Assembly: GCF_006345805.1 (NCBI RefSeq)
Contig: NC_043001.1
Span: 33,666,001 to 33,730,000, forward strand
DNA: 64,000 bases
Source: Octopus sinensis
Taxonomy: Eukaryota
Reading direction: 5' to 3'
Every line of letters starts with the position of its first letter. Position 1 is the first letter of the stretch. The notes beneath the pieces are model-generated. The model ran no database searches, was not told where the DNA came from, and worked only from the letters and a program-made list of their open reading frames with translations. Positions 12,551 to 23,118 of this stretch are shown in pieces. The translations under genes were made by a program, and so were the position numbers.

Positions 12551-12553
<3 letters not shown>

Positions 12554-12599
<46 letters not shown>
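12554..12599. repeat. (TG)n microsatellite
   Basis: Direct reading. Confidence 0.95.
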
Positions 12600-12600
<1 letters not shown>

Positions 12601-13121
12601 TATTTTAGCCTTCAAAAGCACTGACTATTTACTTTGGATTTGCAGACACCTTAGTCGTATAACTAAGGATATTGGTACAACTACATCTAAATATCTCTTT
12701 TGCTCTGCTCTCTCTCTTTTTCTATCTTATAAATATATATCATCACCATCATCGTCATCATTTCAACATCCACTTTTCCATGTTTTCATAGGTGAAACAG
12801 AATTCGCTGAGGCAGATTTTCTATGGTTGGATGCATGTGTAAGCCCTGTTCAAACAACCAAACGAATGTTTGGTTGTATGAACAGGGCTTAACACATGCA
12901 GCACTCTCTTCTGATGTATTTAGTATGGACAAGAAATTTGCCTCCATGTGGTTTCAGGTTCACTCCTACTGTGTGATAGCTTGGACATCTACCATAGACC
13001 CAGTTTGATCAAAACCTTCCAAGTGCATTTAGTAGAGATATTGGAAGAATGATGTTGTGTGCATGCTCACATATGTGTGTATATGCATTTGTCTATATCT
13101 GCTATCACTTGTACATGTGTT

Positions 13122-13155
<34 letters not shown>

Positions 13156-13318
13156 GGAGCAGGAGTGGCTGTGTGGTAAATAGCTTGTTCACCAATCACA
13201 TGGTTCCAGGTTCAGTCCCACTGTGTGGCACCTTGGGCAAGTGTCTTCTACTATAGCCTCAGGCTGACCAAAGCATTGTGAGTGGATTTGGTAGACGGAA
13301 ACTGAAAGAAGCTCATTG

Positions 13319-13369
<51 letters not shown>

Positions 13370-13371
<2 letters not shown>

Positions 13372-13620
13372 CTGCAAATGTAATATGTGATAATTATTTC
13401 GTAGCCATGATAAAACTCCGAGTTTTGGATGCCGAGGTGGAAATCCACGCTGGCATCTCTTCAGTTATCCGGCCATTGGAAAAATACTATGAAAATGACC
13501 AAAACTCGGAGTTTTATCATGGCTACCGAATAATTGCCACATATTACATTTACAGATAAATTCCTCTATTTACATAATATCGAGGTCTCTTTCATTCCTT
13601 TGTTGTCTTACCATTTTTAT
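13370..13620. mobile_element. Foldback/MITE-like element with 59-bp inverted arms
   Basis: 13370-13428 is the reverse complement of 13499-13557 (about 5 mismatches) around a 70-bp loop. Flanked by (TA)n. Confidence 0.8.
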
Positions 13621-13629
13621 TATATATAT

Positions 13630-13992
13630 ACTAGCACTATGACCCGGCAACACCGGGTCATACTGCTAGTGCATGCATATACAGCTGTGTGCATGCACAC
13701 ATACATGCAAGTACTGTCCAAATCTCCAACCAATCACATACAGCTAGCTGGCATTCAATTGGCATATCAAATTTCAGCCATTTTGATTGGGTTTTGGATA
13801 GAAAATTCACAAAAAAAGTCACTTTTATTGATTTTTTAATGGCGTTGCGGGATGACTGGGGAAATGTAAAGATGTGCACGACCACCCTTGGACGGTTTTG
13901 AATGACCATAGAAAGTGCAAGTCCTCTAACTGAAAAATTGTGGATTTGTATAAAGGACATGCACACAGACATATAGATAGATATAATATATG
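13630..13992 (+). mobile_element. Helitron/Helentron-like non-autonomous element (HINE/DINE-1-like layout)
   Basis: Starts with an 18-bp stem hairpin ACTAGCACTATGACCCGG-caaca-CCGGGTCATACTGCTAGT (13630-13670) and ends in a CA/GA-rich microsatellite and TA run. Classification is inferred from layout. Confidence 0.5.
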
Positions 13993-13994
13993 TA

Positions 13995-14572
13995 CACAGA
14001 CATGCAAGAAGTAAATAGACACCTTTAATTTTCAAAATTTCTGATCTAAATGTCTTAATATGCTTTCAGCAATGTAGAATTTACAATGTGATTATTCTTT
14101 TTCATTCCAGGTGCCATTATATTAAACATTTGCGAAGAGTAACCATGCCACGCACAAAAAATTCAGCAGATCTGTTAGATTTTCAAAGAGGTCGTATTGT
14201 TGGGCAATCTGAGGCTGGTCTCAGCCAGCGAAAAATTGCCGAAAATCTTCAAATTTCTCTTGCTACTGTTAATAGAATTATAGTGCAATTCAAAAGCCAA
14301 GGGAAAGAATCAACAGATTCATGTCCCAGCTGACCTGGGTCCTTGGAAAGGAAGCTTCACTGTTTGAAGAGAATTGTGGAAAACGAACCCTGTTCGAAGG
14401 CTTCTGGCATTGGGAAACAGTTAGAAGTTAGTCCAAGAACGTGTGTTACATATCTGCAAAAACTTGGGCATTATGGATGAGCAGCTATAAGAAAACCTCT
14501 CCTTCAACCAATTAATATCAAATAAAAGATTTTGAAAATTAAAGATGTCTATTTACTTCCTGCATGTCTGTG
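13995..14572 (+). mobile_element. Internally deleted Tc1-like element, 578 bp, both TIRs intact, HTH region only
   Basis: TA TSDs (13993-13994, 14573-14574) and ~46-bp TIRs CACAGACATGCA(A/G)GAAGTAAATAGACA(C/T)CTTTAATTTTCAAAAT. ATG at 14145 gives [46 protein letters not shown]..; the same frame reaches G*AAIRKPLL and then joins the right TIR with no DDE domain. Confidence 0.9.
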
Positions 14573-14764
14573 TATATGTTTGTGTGTGTGTGTGTGTGTT
14601 TGTTCCCCCCCCCACCAACATCGCTTGACAACTGATGCTGTTGTGTTTATGTCCCCATAACTTAGCAGTTCAGCAAAAGAGATTGATAAATTCTGGGGTC
14701 GATTTGCTCGACTAAAGGCAGTGCTCCAGCATAGCTGCAGTTAAATGACTGAAACAAATAAAAG

Positions 14765-14768
<4 letters not shown>

Positions 14769-14822
<54 letters not shown>
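14769..14822. repeat. (TA)n microsatellite
   Basis: Direct reading. Confidence 0.95.
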
Positions 14823-14824
<2 letters not shown>

Positions 14825-15270
14825 TCATCATCGTTTAGCGTCCGCTTTCCATGCTAGCATGGGTTGGACGGTTCAACTGGGAAGCCAGAAGGCTGCACCA
14901 GGCCCAGTTTGATCTGGCAATGTTTCTACGGCTGGATGCCCTTCCTAACGCCAACAACTCCATGAGTGTAGTGGGTGCTTTTTACGTGCCAGACGAGTTT
15001 GGCAAACGGCCACGATTGGATGGTGCTTTTTATGTGCCACCGGCACGGGGGCCAGGCGAGGCTGGCAACGGCCATGAACGGATGGTGCTTTTTACGTGCC
15101 ACCGGCATGGGGGCCAGGCGAGGCTGGCAACAGCCACGAACGGATGGTGCTTTTTATGTGCCACCGGCACGAGGCCAGTCGGGGCTGCGCTGGCAACGGC
15201 TACAAACGGATGGTGCTTTTTACGTGCCACCAGCACGGGGGCCAGGCGAGGCTGGCAACGGCCACGAACA
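14823..15270 (-). mobile_element. RTE 3'UTR fragment with ~4.5 tandem units of ~60 bp
   Basis: Repeated unit ggatggtgctttttacgtgccaccggcacgggggccaggcgaggctggcaacggccacgaac behind a (CAT)n tail. Confidence 0.9.
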
Positions 15271-15291
15271 GATATATATACACACACACAC

Positions 15292-15900
15292 TTTTATCCT
15301 GTTACTTGTTACAGCCATGCAACTGCAGTCATGCTGGGGCACCACCACGGTCTTCTTGATTTCCTCAGTCTGTGGTGTTTCACATCACCACTCTTGTATG
15401 TGCCTTCATCCCAGCTGTTGACCCACTTAGCGTATAAGGGAGTTTGATTCCGCTGCCTTCATCCGTACCTCATGTCAGTCTGCTGGTTCATCCAGTATTG
15501 TGTAGAGGAGGATGTCTAGTTTCTTTTTGAAGACATCTACTTCTACCTTATGCAGATTTCTTAATTTTTGTGGCAGAGCACTGAAGAGCTGTGCACCTTT
15601 GAACCTGAAACTATTGCAGAACCTGGTCCTGAATTTAGATGGCGTGGATGGTACCTTTGGTACAATACAATAGTGGCCAGTTCTGGCATTTGTATAATAC
15701 TCAATGCTGAAATCAGGTACTAGCTCTTCTAGAATTTTCCATATGTGAATTAGAGCATATCTCTCACGCCTTTGCTCCAGGGAATAAAGTTTCAGTTTTC
15801 TCAGCCTATCCCTGTAGCTCATCCACTGCACTGTTTCAATCTTTTTAGTGTAGTGGTTTTGGACTGCTTCAAGCCCCAGTTAGTTTGGCACTATATGGCG
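15292..15900 (-). mobile_element. 3' end of a CR1/L2-type LINE (ORF2 C-terminus and 3'UTR)
   Basis: ORF 15475-15831: SYRDRLRKLKLYSLEQRRERYALIHIWKILEELVP..FKGAQLFSALPQKLRNLH..FKKKLD, a typical CR1/L2 ORF2 tail. 3'UTR runs to 15292. Confidence 0.85.
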
Positions 15901-16099
15901 ACCATAACTGGGAGCACTATAAATATATAGTGTTTATAAATGACCAATTAGTTGGTTGTTATATTTAACCAACTGACTAGCAAAAAAGAAGTGATATTGG
16001 ACCAGTGCATGTGCCATTATTGTTGGCATAATGACCCTCCCAAGACACAAGATGCGTATGTGTGTGTGTGAGAGAGAGAAAGAGAGAGAGAAACATCCT

Positions 16100-17749
16100 A
16101 TTCATAAAACTTAAACCCTGAATATTTTATAACTATACAGAAATTTAAATGTCAGACAGTTAAAGGACATACAATTCTCTACTTTCCATGGCATCTGAAG
16201 TCTCATACTAACCTTTTAAAAGATACAATTTTTAAATGATCAGCTTTAATAACTATAGAGTTCCAATACATACTATGTATTGCTGTGTAAAGGAGAGCAG
16301 TGAAAAAGTGTGTGTCTGTGTATGTGTGGATGACAAACATGGGAAAGAATGGGAAAGCTCAAGAGAGAAAAAAAACACAAGAAAAACTGAAGGAGAAAGA
16401 AACGCAGAGTTCATCATCATAAATTGACATTTCTCTACCTCACACTGACATTCTTACTCTATTACCAACTCCATTACAACTATCAGTATTTCAGCAGCCC
16501 TTTTCTTGAATCCTCTCCGTTTTAACCCAAAATGACCATGAACCCATGATTTTTTTTCTTTGCGTATTATTCTGGGGTGACTTTGTTTCCGTGTGCAAAT
16601 TTGGAAGAGATTTGTTGAGAAATGACATTGTTTCAAGACAAACAAACATAACTCTTATCAATATAGATTTAAAACTACCATGCATATATCTCACTTCAAC
16701 ATCATGAAAAATTTCATTTTCATTTAATGGAAACTACTTTGAGAGATAACAAGAAATCAAAGTCTGGAGTGGGGGGCAGGGTTAGAGTTGTGTAGATATG
16801 TATGGGTGGTCTGAAAGTTTCATTATTGACTAATCTTGTTTCATTTCTTTTTGAGAAGGTCTGCTACACTAATTAGAAAAACTAGTATGTTATTACTGTT
16901 GTTGTTGTTATTATTATTAGTAGCAGAATTATTAATTATAATGTTCAAAAAATGTTCACTAAATTAACTTAAAAAATGTGAATGATGAAACAGTAAGAAT
17001 GATATGGAGGTAGAATACTGAGAGAGAGAGAAATGTGAGAGAAAGGACGACTGACATTTCCAAATTATATATGCATACATATAAGTATATGAAATAAAAA
17101 TTTAATATTTTGATTCTGGTTTTTATAATTTTTCAATAAATAATTAGGATTTTAATAGTAAACTAAAATAACATGTTTTCCTTCATTTTGAAAGTTTTCT
17201 TTTTCATTTTAGTTTAAATTTGGAAAAGCAAGTCTGCTATAAATGTTTAAATCCAAGATTGATGGTAGTTGCTGTTGTCCCTAGAAACCCCAAAACCCTT
17301 TTTACCATAAGTCTAATTTCAAAGATAAAGAGTGATTCTTCACTTAGGATTGCACGCCAAGTTGTGTCTAAGTCCTGGTCACAGTAAGTTTTATATATAT
17401 ATATATATTTTCAAGTCAGGTCAGAAGTAACTGTTTTCAGCAAATAATTTCAAGACCAAGGAAGGAGATGTAAAGAAGAAAAAAAAAAAAAAAAGAAAAA
17501 AAAAAAGAATTTATGATTTTGTTTTGTAATTCTCCTCAACTTTAAATAAAGAGGCTGGATGTCAGAAGCAGGAGAGAGGAAGGAGTGAAGAAACAAGCAC
17601 ATAAAATAATTCCTTTGGTTGTTTCAGTGAAATTCATGAGAGGATGTCCAGCAGAGTCTTACTTAGACCTGATGTGATGTATGAGTTGAAATGGTCAACG
17701 GCAATGCAGAAAGCAGTATCTCCTCCCCACCCCCTAGTCGTTCTTGTCA
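16100..17749 (-). other. GRAMD1: Probable GRAMD1 3'UTR (end not determinable)
   Basis: Follows the stop codon. Free of interspersed repeats and U-rich, with a long U tract at ~17472-17507. Several possible poly(A) signals. Confidence 0.4.
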
Positions 17750-17809
17750 TCATCTACTCTGGTGCCGATGTTGTAATGTTTCCTGCAGTTGTGATAATGA
17801 TAATTTAAC
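17750..17809 (-). CDS. GRAMD1: GRAMD1/Aster last coding exon (VKLSLSQLQETLQHRHQSR*)
   Basis: Acceptor ttttcttttctttcag, phase 0, 19 codons then TGA TGA. Continues the luminal helix; resembles my recollection of the GRAMD1B C-terminus MKDSLINLQ. Confidence 0.85.
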   Translation of the reverse strand, partial: VKLSLSQLQETLQHRHQSR

Positions 17810-18011
17810 CTGAAAGAAAAGAAAAAAAAAATATAAAGACGAGGGTTCATAATGACTTTGATAATTTATTGCATATCCTATAAATCAATGCACCCCCATT
17901 CCCACTACAATCTTATTTGCACCACAGACTAGTTTCATGCAAGACAAATTTTCTATCTATTCCCACTTACATGTGGATGTTCTGTTAGAACAAACTATAC
18001 TGTGGTAGATA

Positions 18012-18556
18012 CCATGAGAGAAACTCTCATATGGGTTTTTGGTGCAAAATGCATACATGTTTACATTACTCTTTTACTTGTTTCAGTCATGTGACAGCAG
18101 CCATGCTGGAGCACCGCCTTTAGTCGAGCAAATCGACCCCAGGACTTATTCTTTGTAAGCCTAGTATTTATTCTATCAGTCTTTTTTACCGAACTGCTAA
18201 GTTATGGGGACGTAAACACACCAGCATCGGTTGTCAAGCCAAGTTGGGGGGACAAACAGACACACAAACATATACACACGCATCCACATATATATATATA
18301 TAAATATATATACATATATACGATGGGCTTCTTTCAGTTTCCATCTACCAAACCCACTCACAAGGCTTTGGTCGGCCAGAGGCTATGGTAGAAGACACTT
18401 GCCTAAGGTGCCATGCAGTGGGACTGAACCCGGAACCATGTGGTTCGTAAGCAAGCTACTTACCACACAGCGACTCCTACGCCTACATTGCTAGCATCCA
18501 TTATATAGCAAGCATGCATTTTGCCCCAAAAGCCTATATGAGAGTTTCTCTCATGG
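18012..18556. mobile_element. TA-flanked MITE with ~45-bp TIRs, interrupted by a SINE
   Basis: TA|CCATGAGAGAAACTCTCATATGGGTTTTTGGTGCAAAATGCAT ... ATGCATTTTGCCCCAAAAGCCTATATGAGAGTTTCTCTCATGG|TA. A further single end is at ~8543-8590. Confidence 0.8.
18068..18483 (-). mobile_element. SINE family A, full length
   Basis: 6-bp TSD TACATT (18062-18067, 18484-18489). Reverse complement of 50963-51387. Confidence 0.9.
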
Positions 18557-18589
18557 TAAAGTTTGTGCTAACTGAGCATCCATGTTTAA

Positions 18590-18790
18590 GTGGGAATAGA
18601 CATTAACTCTTGTAGAAATGAGTCGCAACATCACTGGTACCAAGCTGTATCAGCCATTGCCTTTCCCTTGGATAATATTAGTGGCATAGAGAGGGGAGAC
18701 TGGTATGCATGGGCGACTGCTGGTCTTCCACAAACAACCTTGCCTGGAATTGCACCTAGAAAGTTCCCTTCCTGGACGCAATATTACTGA
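18590..18790 (+). mobile_element. Partial SINE of the family seen at 59559-59877
   Basis: gtagaaatgagtcgcaacatcactggtaccaagctgtatcagc..ctgctggtcttccacaaacaaccttgcc matches the reverse complement of 59600-59760. Confidence 0.7.
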
Positions 18791-19942
18791 GAGGCATAAT
18801 ATTACCTCTAGTATTAATATTGCCTCTGTCGCTGATATATATAATTTCTTTATGGACTGAGGGACCATATGCATAACAGAGCACAATAAACTGCATAATA
18901 AGTAGTTTAATTTATTACATATATAATGCAAAAATATTCTGCAGATTGTTATAGTCAATAAAATAGAAATAGAATTTTAAAGTTTATTCTTTCTGTGCAG
19001 CCCCCTGTGAAATGATGATGATTAGTGACCCTTACTATAAGCTATCATGTCTCTTCATATAGAACACCTAGGACAAGTGAGTATGACAGAATCCATCCTT
19101 TGGCAAGTCATGGATACAAGAGTTCAATTCAACACTGCTAAATAAACCAACTCATTAATTTCATAGCACTAATAAGCAGAACAAACGATGATACTATTTC
19201 AAGAGCCATTAGAGCTAAAGTCATTAAAAATGAAATTTTTTTTTTATTATAGACACCACAAAGCATTCAATACATTTAATGTGCCAGTTAGTTTGACATC
19301 TTTGTTGACTTCACCAGCTGTGACACTCAATACACACACAACACACACAAATATAAATATGTTTATAGGTATGTGTGCATGCAAGTGTACGTGTGCATAT
19401 GTACACACACACACACATACATACACGTTGCTCATTATCATAGGTGCAGGGATGGCTACGTGGATACAGAGTTAACCTTGTAACCACATGGTTTCAGGAT
19501 CCGTCCTGCTGTATGGCAACTTGGGTGTCTCATACTACAACCCCTGGTCAAGCAACGTCCTGTAAAGAGAATTCTTGATAGGTAGAAACTATATATGGTA
19601 GCCTGTGCTCTGTGTGTGTGTACATATGCAAGCACGTATGCATGCCCACGCATGCACACATGTATATGTGCAGGTTAAGTTTTTTTGACTGTTCTATAAA
19701 TCCTCTTTGGGTGAATTCTCAGTGAAACTGTTGCATAGCTGTTACCATTCCCAGGCAACAAGTAATGGTTTACCTCAGAATTTTGGTAGCCTGGCAGAAC
19801 CTATTGCAATTATGGAGATGTACTTGCATGGCAAGTGTTTTGATCTGAAATCATGTTCTGAAACTAAAGTGATTGCCAAGTGGAAGACATGAATTAACCA
19901 TTTAGAAACACACAAAGACTGTTAACTTCACTTAAATATTAA

Positions 19943-20077
19943 TTTGTAATATGGTGCTTAAAATTTTCATCACTCAAAACTGCAACCTCGTTATTGACAA
20001 AAAATGATGCAGCAAACTTTTTGTCAGTGATAAAATTGCAGTTCTGAGTGATGAAAATTTTGACATCATATTACAAA
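19943..20077. repeat. Long imperfect palindrome (~60-bp arms, short loop)
   Basis: tttgtaatatggtgcttaaaattttcatcactcaaaactgcaa..tgacaaaaa pairs with tttttgtca..ttgcagttctgagtgatgaaaattttgacatcatattacaaa. Confidence 0.85.
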
Positions 20078-20094
20078 CATATATATATCATCAT

Positions 20095-20260
20095 TATCAT
20101 CATCATCATCATTTAGTATCTGCTGTCCATGCTAGCATGGGTTAGATGGCTTGATTGGAACTGGTAAGCCGGAGACCTGTACCAGGTTCCAGTTTGATTT
20201 GGGTTTGGCTTGGTTTCTACAACTGGATGGACTTCCTAACACCAACCACTCCATAAGAGA
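20095..20260 (-). mobile_element. Diverged RTE 3'-tail fragment
   Basis: (CAT)n plus ccatgctagcatgggttagatgg. Confidence 0.75.
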
Positions 20261-20726
20261 CACATAAGCAAAATAGTATGATTTAAACATATTCAGCCTT
20301 TCTTTTTCCTCTCTAGGCTCTTTTTTTCTTTCATGTATGTATTTTCCTTCATTCTGATGAATCTCCATGTTCCATATCGGTTTTATTACCAAATATGATG
20401 AATATTATTTTTTAGCATATCAATGGCAATACCATATAACATTGGAAGAAGAAACAGCTGTTAGATGGGATGCAGTCTATTTGTATTGAATTAAAAAATA
20501 ATAATTAATGTAAGTCAGTTGTTGCTGATCAATATTTCTCCATTTTCTGTTTACTTTAAATTTGATTCCTAATAAACTCATATTTATCTTTGTCATTACC
20601 TGTAATCTATGAGCATAATATGCTTGCATATGTATGACCAGGGATAATATAGGTAATTATACTGGTAGTGTAATGGATGCTTTTATCCCTTAGATGGTTA
20701 TTCCAACCTCTAACTCTACTAACATA

Positions 20727-20789
20727 TATATATATTATATATATATATATCTATCTATATATATATCTATCTATCTATCTAAATATATA

Positions 20790-20832
<43 letters not shown>
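20727..20832. repeat. Compound (TA)n/(TATC)n microsatellite
   Basis: Direct reading. Confidence 0.9.
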
Positions 20833-20835
<3 letters not shown>

Positions 20836-21004
20836 AGATAATGGTGTCATTGAAACCCAAAGGTGTCACTCTAATATCTATATAGCCTTGGCTTTTTATC
20901 TTATTACACAAAAAATTCTTATACATATATATATATATATATAAATACACGCACACACACTCAAGAAGATCTGCCCACCACAACAGAATTGATATCTAAA
21001 AACT

Positions 21005-21271
21005 GAGGTCCCATGTAAAAAGCACTGGTGCTGGTGCTATGTAAAAATTCAGTGATGCTGGTGCCAGGTAAACAGCACTGGTGATGGTGCCATGTACAAA
21101 GCACCCAGTACATTCTGTAAAATGGCTGGCATTAGAAGGGCGTCCAGTTGCAGAAACTTAGCCAAGACAGTCTATGTAACCTGGTGTAAACCCCTGTCTT
21201 ACCAGCTCCTGTCAAGCTGTCCAACCAATACCAGCATTGGAAAACAAACGTTAAATGATGATGATGATGAT
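21005..21271 (+). mobile_element. Diverged RTE 3'-tail fragment
   Basis: Short tandem gcactggtgctggtgccatgtaaaa units, then ..ccagcattggaaaacaaacgttaaatgatgatgatg. Confidence 0.75.
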
Positions 21272-21461
21272 TTGGAGTGTTATTCATTTCCAATAGTCTG
21301 TGAAAACATGTCTGGCCATAGGGAAATATTATCTTGCTTGGAAAAAGTTTTGGCCATAGAAAACCTGCCTCATTTAAAATCCATTTGACTCATGTAAGCA
21401 TGGAGAGGTGTACGTTAAAACAATGATGGCAGTATGACATATGAAATCTTTCAATACTCAC

Positions 21462-21582
21462 TTGATCTACTAATATAACAGCCGCTGATAGAATTTCTCT
21501 CCATCGTTCTAGTTCACTTTCATGTAATACTTGTTGTTGTTTTAACAGCTCAGCCCACTCTTCCTGATTCTGTGGGTAATTA
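21462..21582 (-). CDS. GRAMD1: GRAMD1 exon, luminal amphipathic helix (NYPQNQEEWAELLKQQQVLHESELERWREILSAAVILVDQ)
   Basis: ttcttgttcttattgcag / gtgagt, 121 nt, phase 2 to 0. Matches the conserved GRAMD1 C-terminal W..LL..Q...H..EL..WR.IL motif. Confidence 0.93.
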
Positions 21583-21739
21583 CTGCAATAAGAACAAGAA
21601 TAATATAATGAAACGCTGAGGCAAAACATTCAGACTTTACATGCATTATACTGTCAGTGTCTCGTCATTGTCCAAACCAACAGTGTGCTGGTTCAAAACA
21701 ACCTATTTTATTTTTGTGTTAATTGTTTTTTATGTGGGG

Positions 21740-22311
21740 TTCTAAGGACATCTGTGTATAAGCAACTACATTCCAGATGCGGGAGCAGTTATCTATTGTG
21801 AGTTTTACCTGAGCTTTGTAGAGAGTTAATAGTTGTTGGAGGTTGAAGTACTTGGAAACAATGAAAATGTTGACTCATCTTTATGATGAAGTCTGTGTTT
21901 GAGGGAGTGTATTAATCAGGAGAGATCGTTAGTGATAGTAAAGTTTGACATTTCTAATTATGTGGTAAACATGCTTAGGAGGTGGGGAGGTGCAATAATC
22001 TTTAATGGTATGTGTGTTGATTGTATACTTTTGCTAGGAATAAAACAAGATTGGCAGGACACCAATGGAGGAAGTTTCCAAGATCTTCTGTTCATGGAGT
22101 CAGTACAGATTTGATGTGAAGTGGCTAGGTTACAAATGGATGATGTCTGGATGCAGAAGGGTAGGTAAGAATGAAGTGTTGTATCATATTACAATTCTAT
22201 GAGATGAAAATGTAAATGCAGCCTCACTGTCACTAGAGTTTCTTTAAAAATATGTATATCTCCTAATATAATAATATGTATATCTCCTAATATAATAATG
22301 AGCATAGTGTT

Positions 22312-22345
<34 letters not shown>

Positions 22346-23045
22346 ATATTTATTTATTTGTCCAATATCACACAGTAGGAGTAAATGGTGAAAGGAGGAG
22401 AGAAAATAGTAATTCAGTGAAGGAGAAGTAGTGAGAGTAATGACTGAGAGAAAGTAGTAGGAATGAGAGAGAGGAAGTGGCAAAGAGTGTATTGTGTATT
22501 TTCTACTATAATAATCGTACTATAATAATAATACTCTTGTGTATTTCTCCATTACAACATATGAATGAGAAAGGAAGGGCTGATGGAAGTGGGATGGTGA
22601 AAAGTCAACATGGAAACAAAAATCAAACAGCGCTTCAACTCTGAGTATATGTGTGTTTGTGTAAAATATATTCATATATTTGAGTGGGTGTATGCATTTG
22701 TGTATTCAGAAAGATACATAGAAAATAGAATTACAGACACATTCGCATTTACACATACATATATATATGTTGAGACACACCTAAAAAGGAAGGAAGCAGG
22801 CTGTGATAAAGTATAGAAAACCATATTTGCTACAGACTGTGCTACTCATACATATAAATGTATACATATGCGCACACACACACTCACACAGGGTTGAAGC
22901 ACTGTTTGATTTTTTTCACCTCTTTGTACCCTTTTTATATATAAAATACTACAATTAGCTGTCATTTTTGATGGCACGGGCTGGCTAGTATACATAAAAT
23001 TTTCATATAATTGTAAAACAAAATGTCCATATATTGGCAGATAGA

Positions 23046-23118
<73 letters not shown>

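Larger units (their letters stand above)
13156..14767 (+). mobile_element. SINE family A split by three nested insertions in its central microsatellite
   Basis: Head at 13156-13360 and second half at 14575-14767 match the uninterrupted copy at 50963-51387. Confidence 0.85.

Noticed and set aside
12530-13559. ORF-track proteins rich in CV/HT/YI repeats
   Set aside because: These are translations of (TG)n and (TA)n microsatellites. The same applies to similar ORFs at 19247, 41800, 50996 and 63537.
5100-15270. ~60-bp tandem units read as a CRISPR-like array
   Set aside because: The units are degenerate direct repeats without unique spacers, in eukaryotic DNA, and are part of the RTE 3'UTR.
14851-15447. 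198-aa and overlapping repetitive ORFs
   Set aside because: They come from the stop-poor RTE tandem array on the antisense strand and have no protein-family features.
22249-22296. 24-bp exact tandem duplication
   Set aside because: An ordinary slippage product next to a TA tract.
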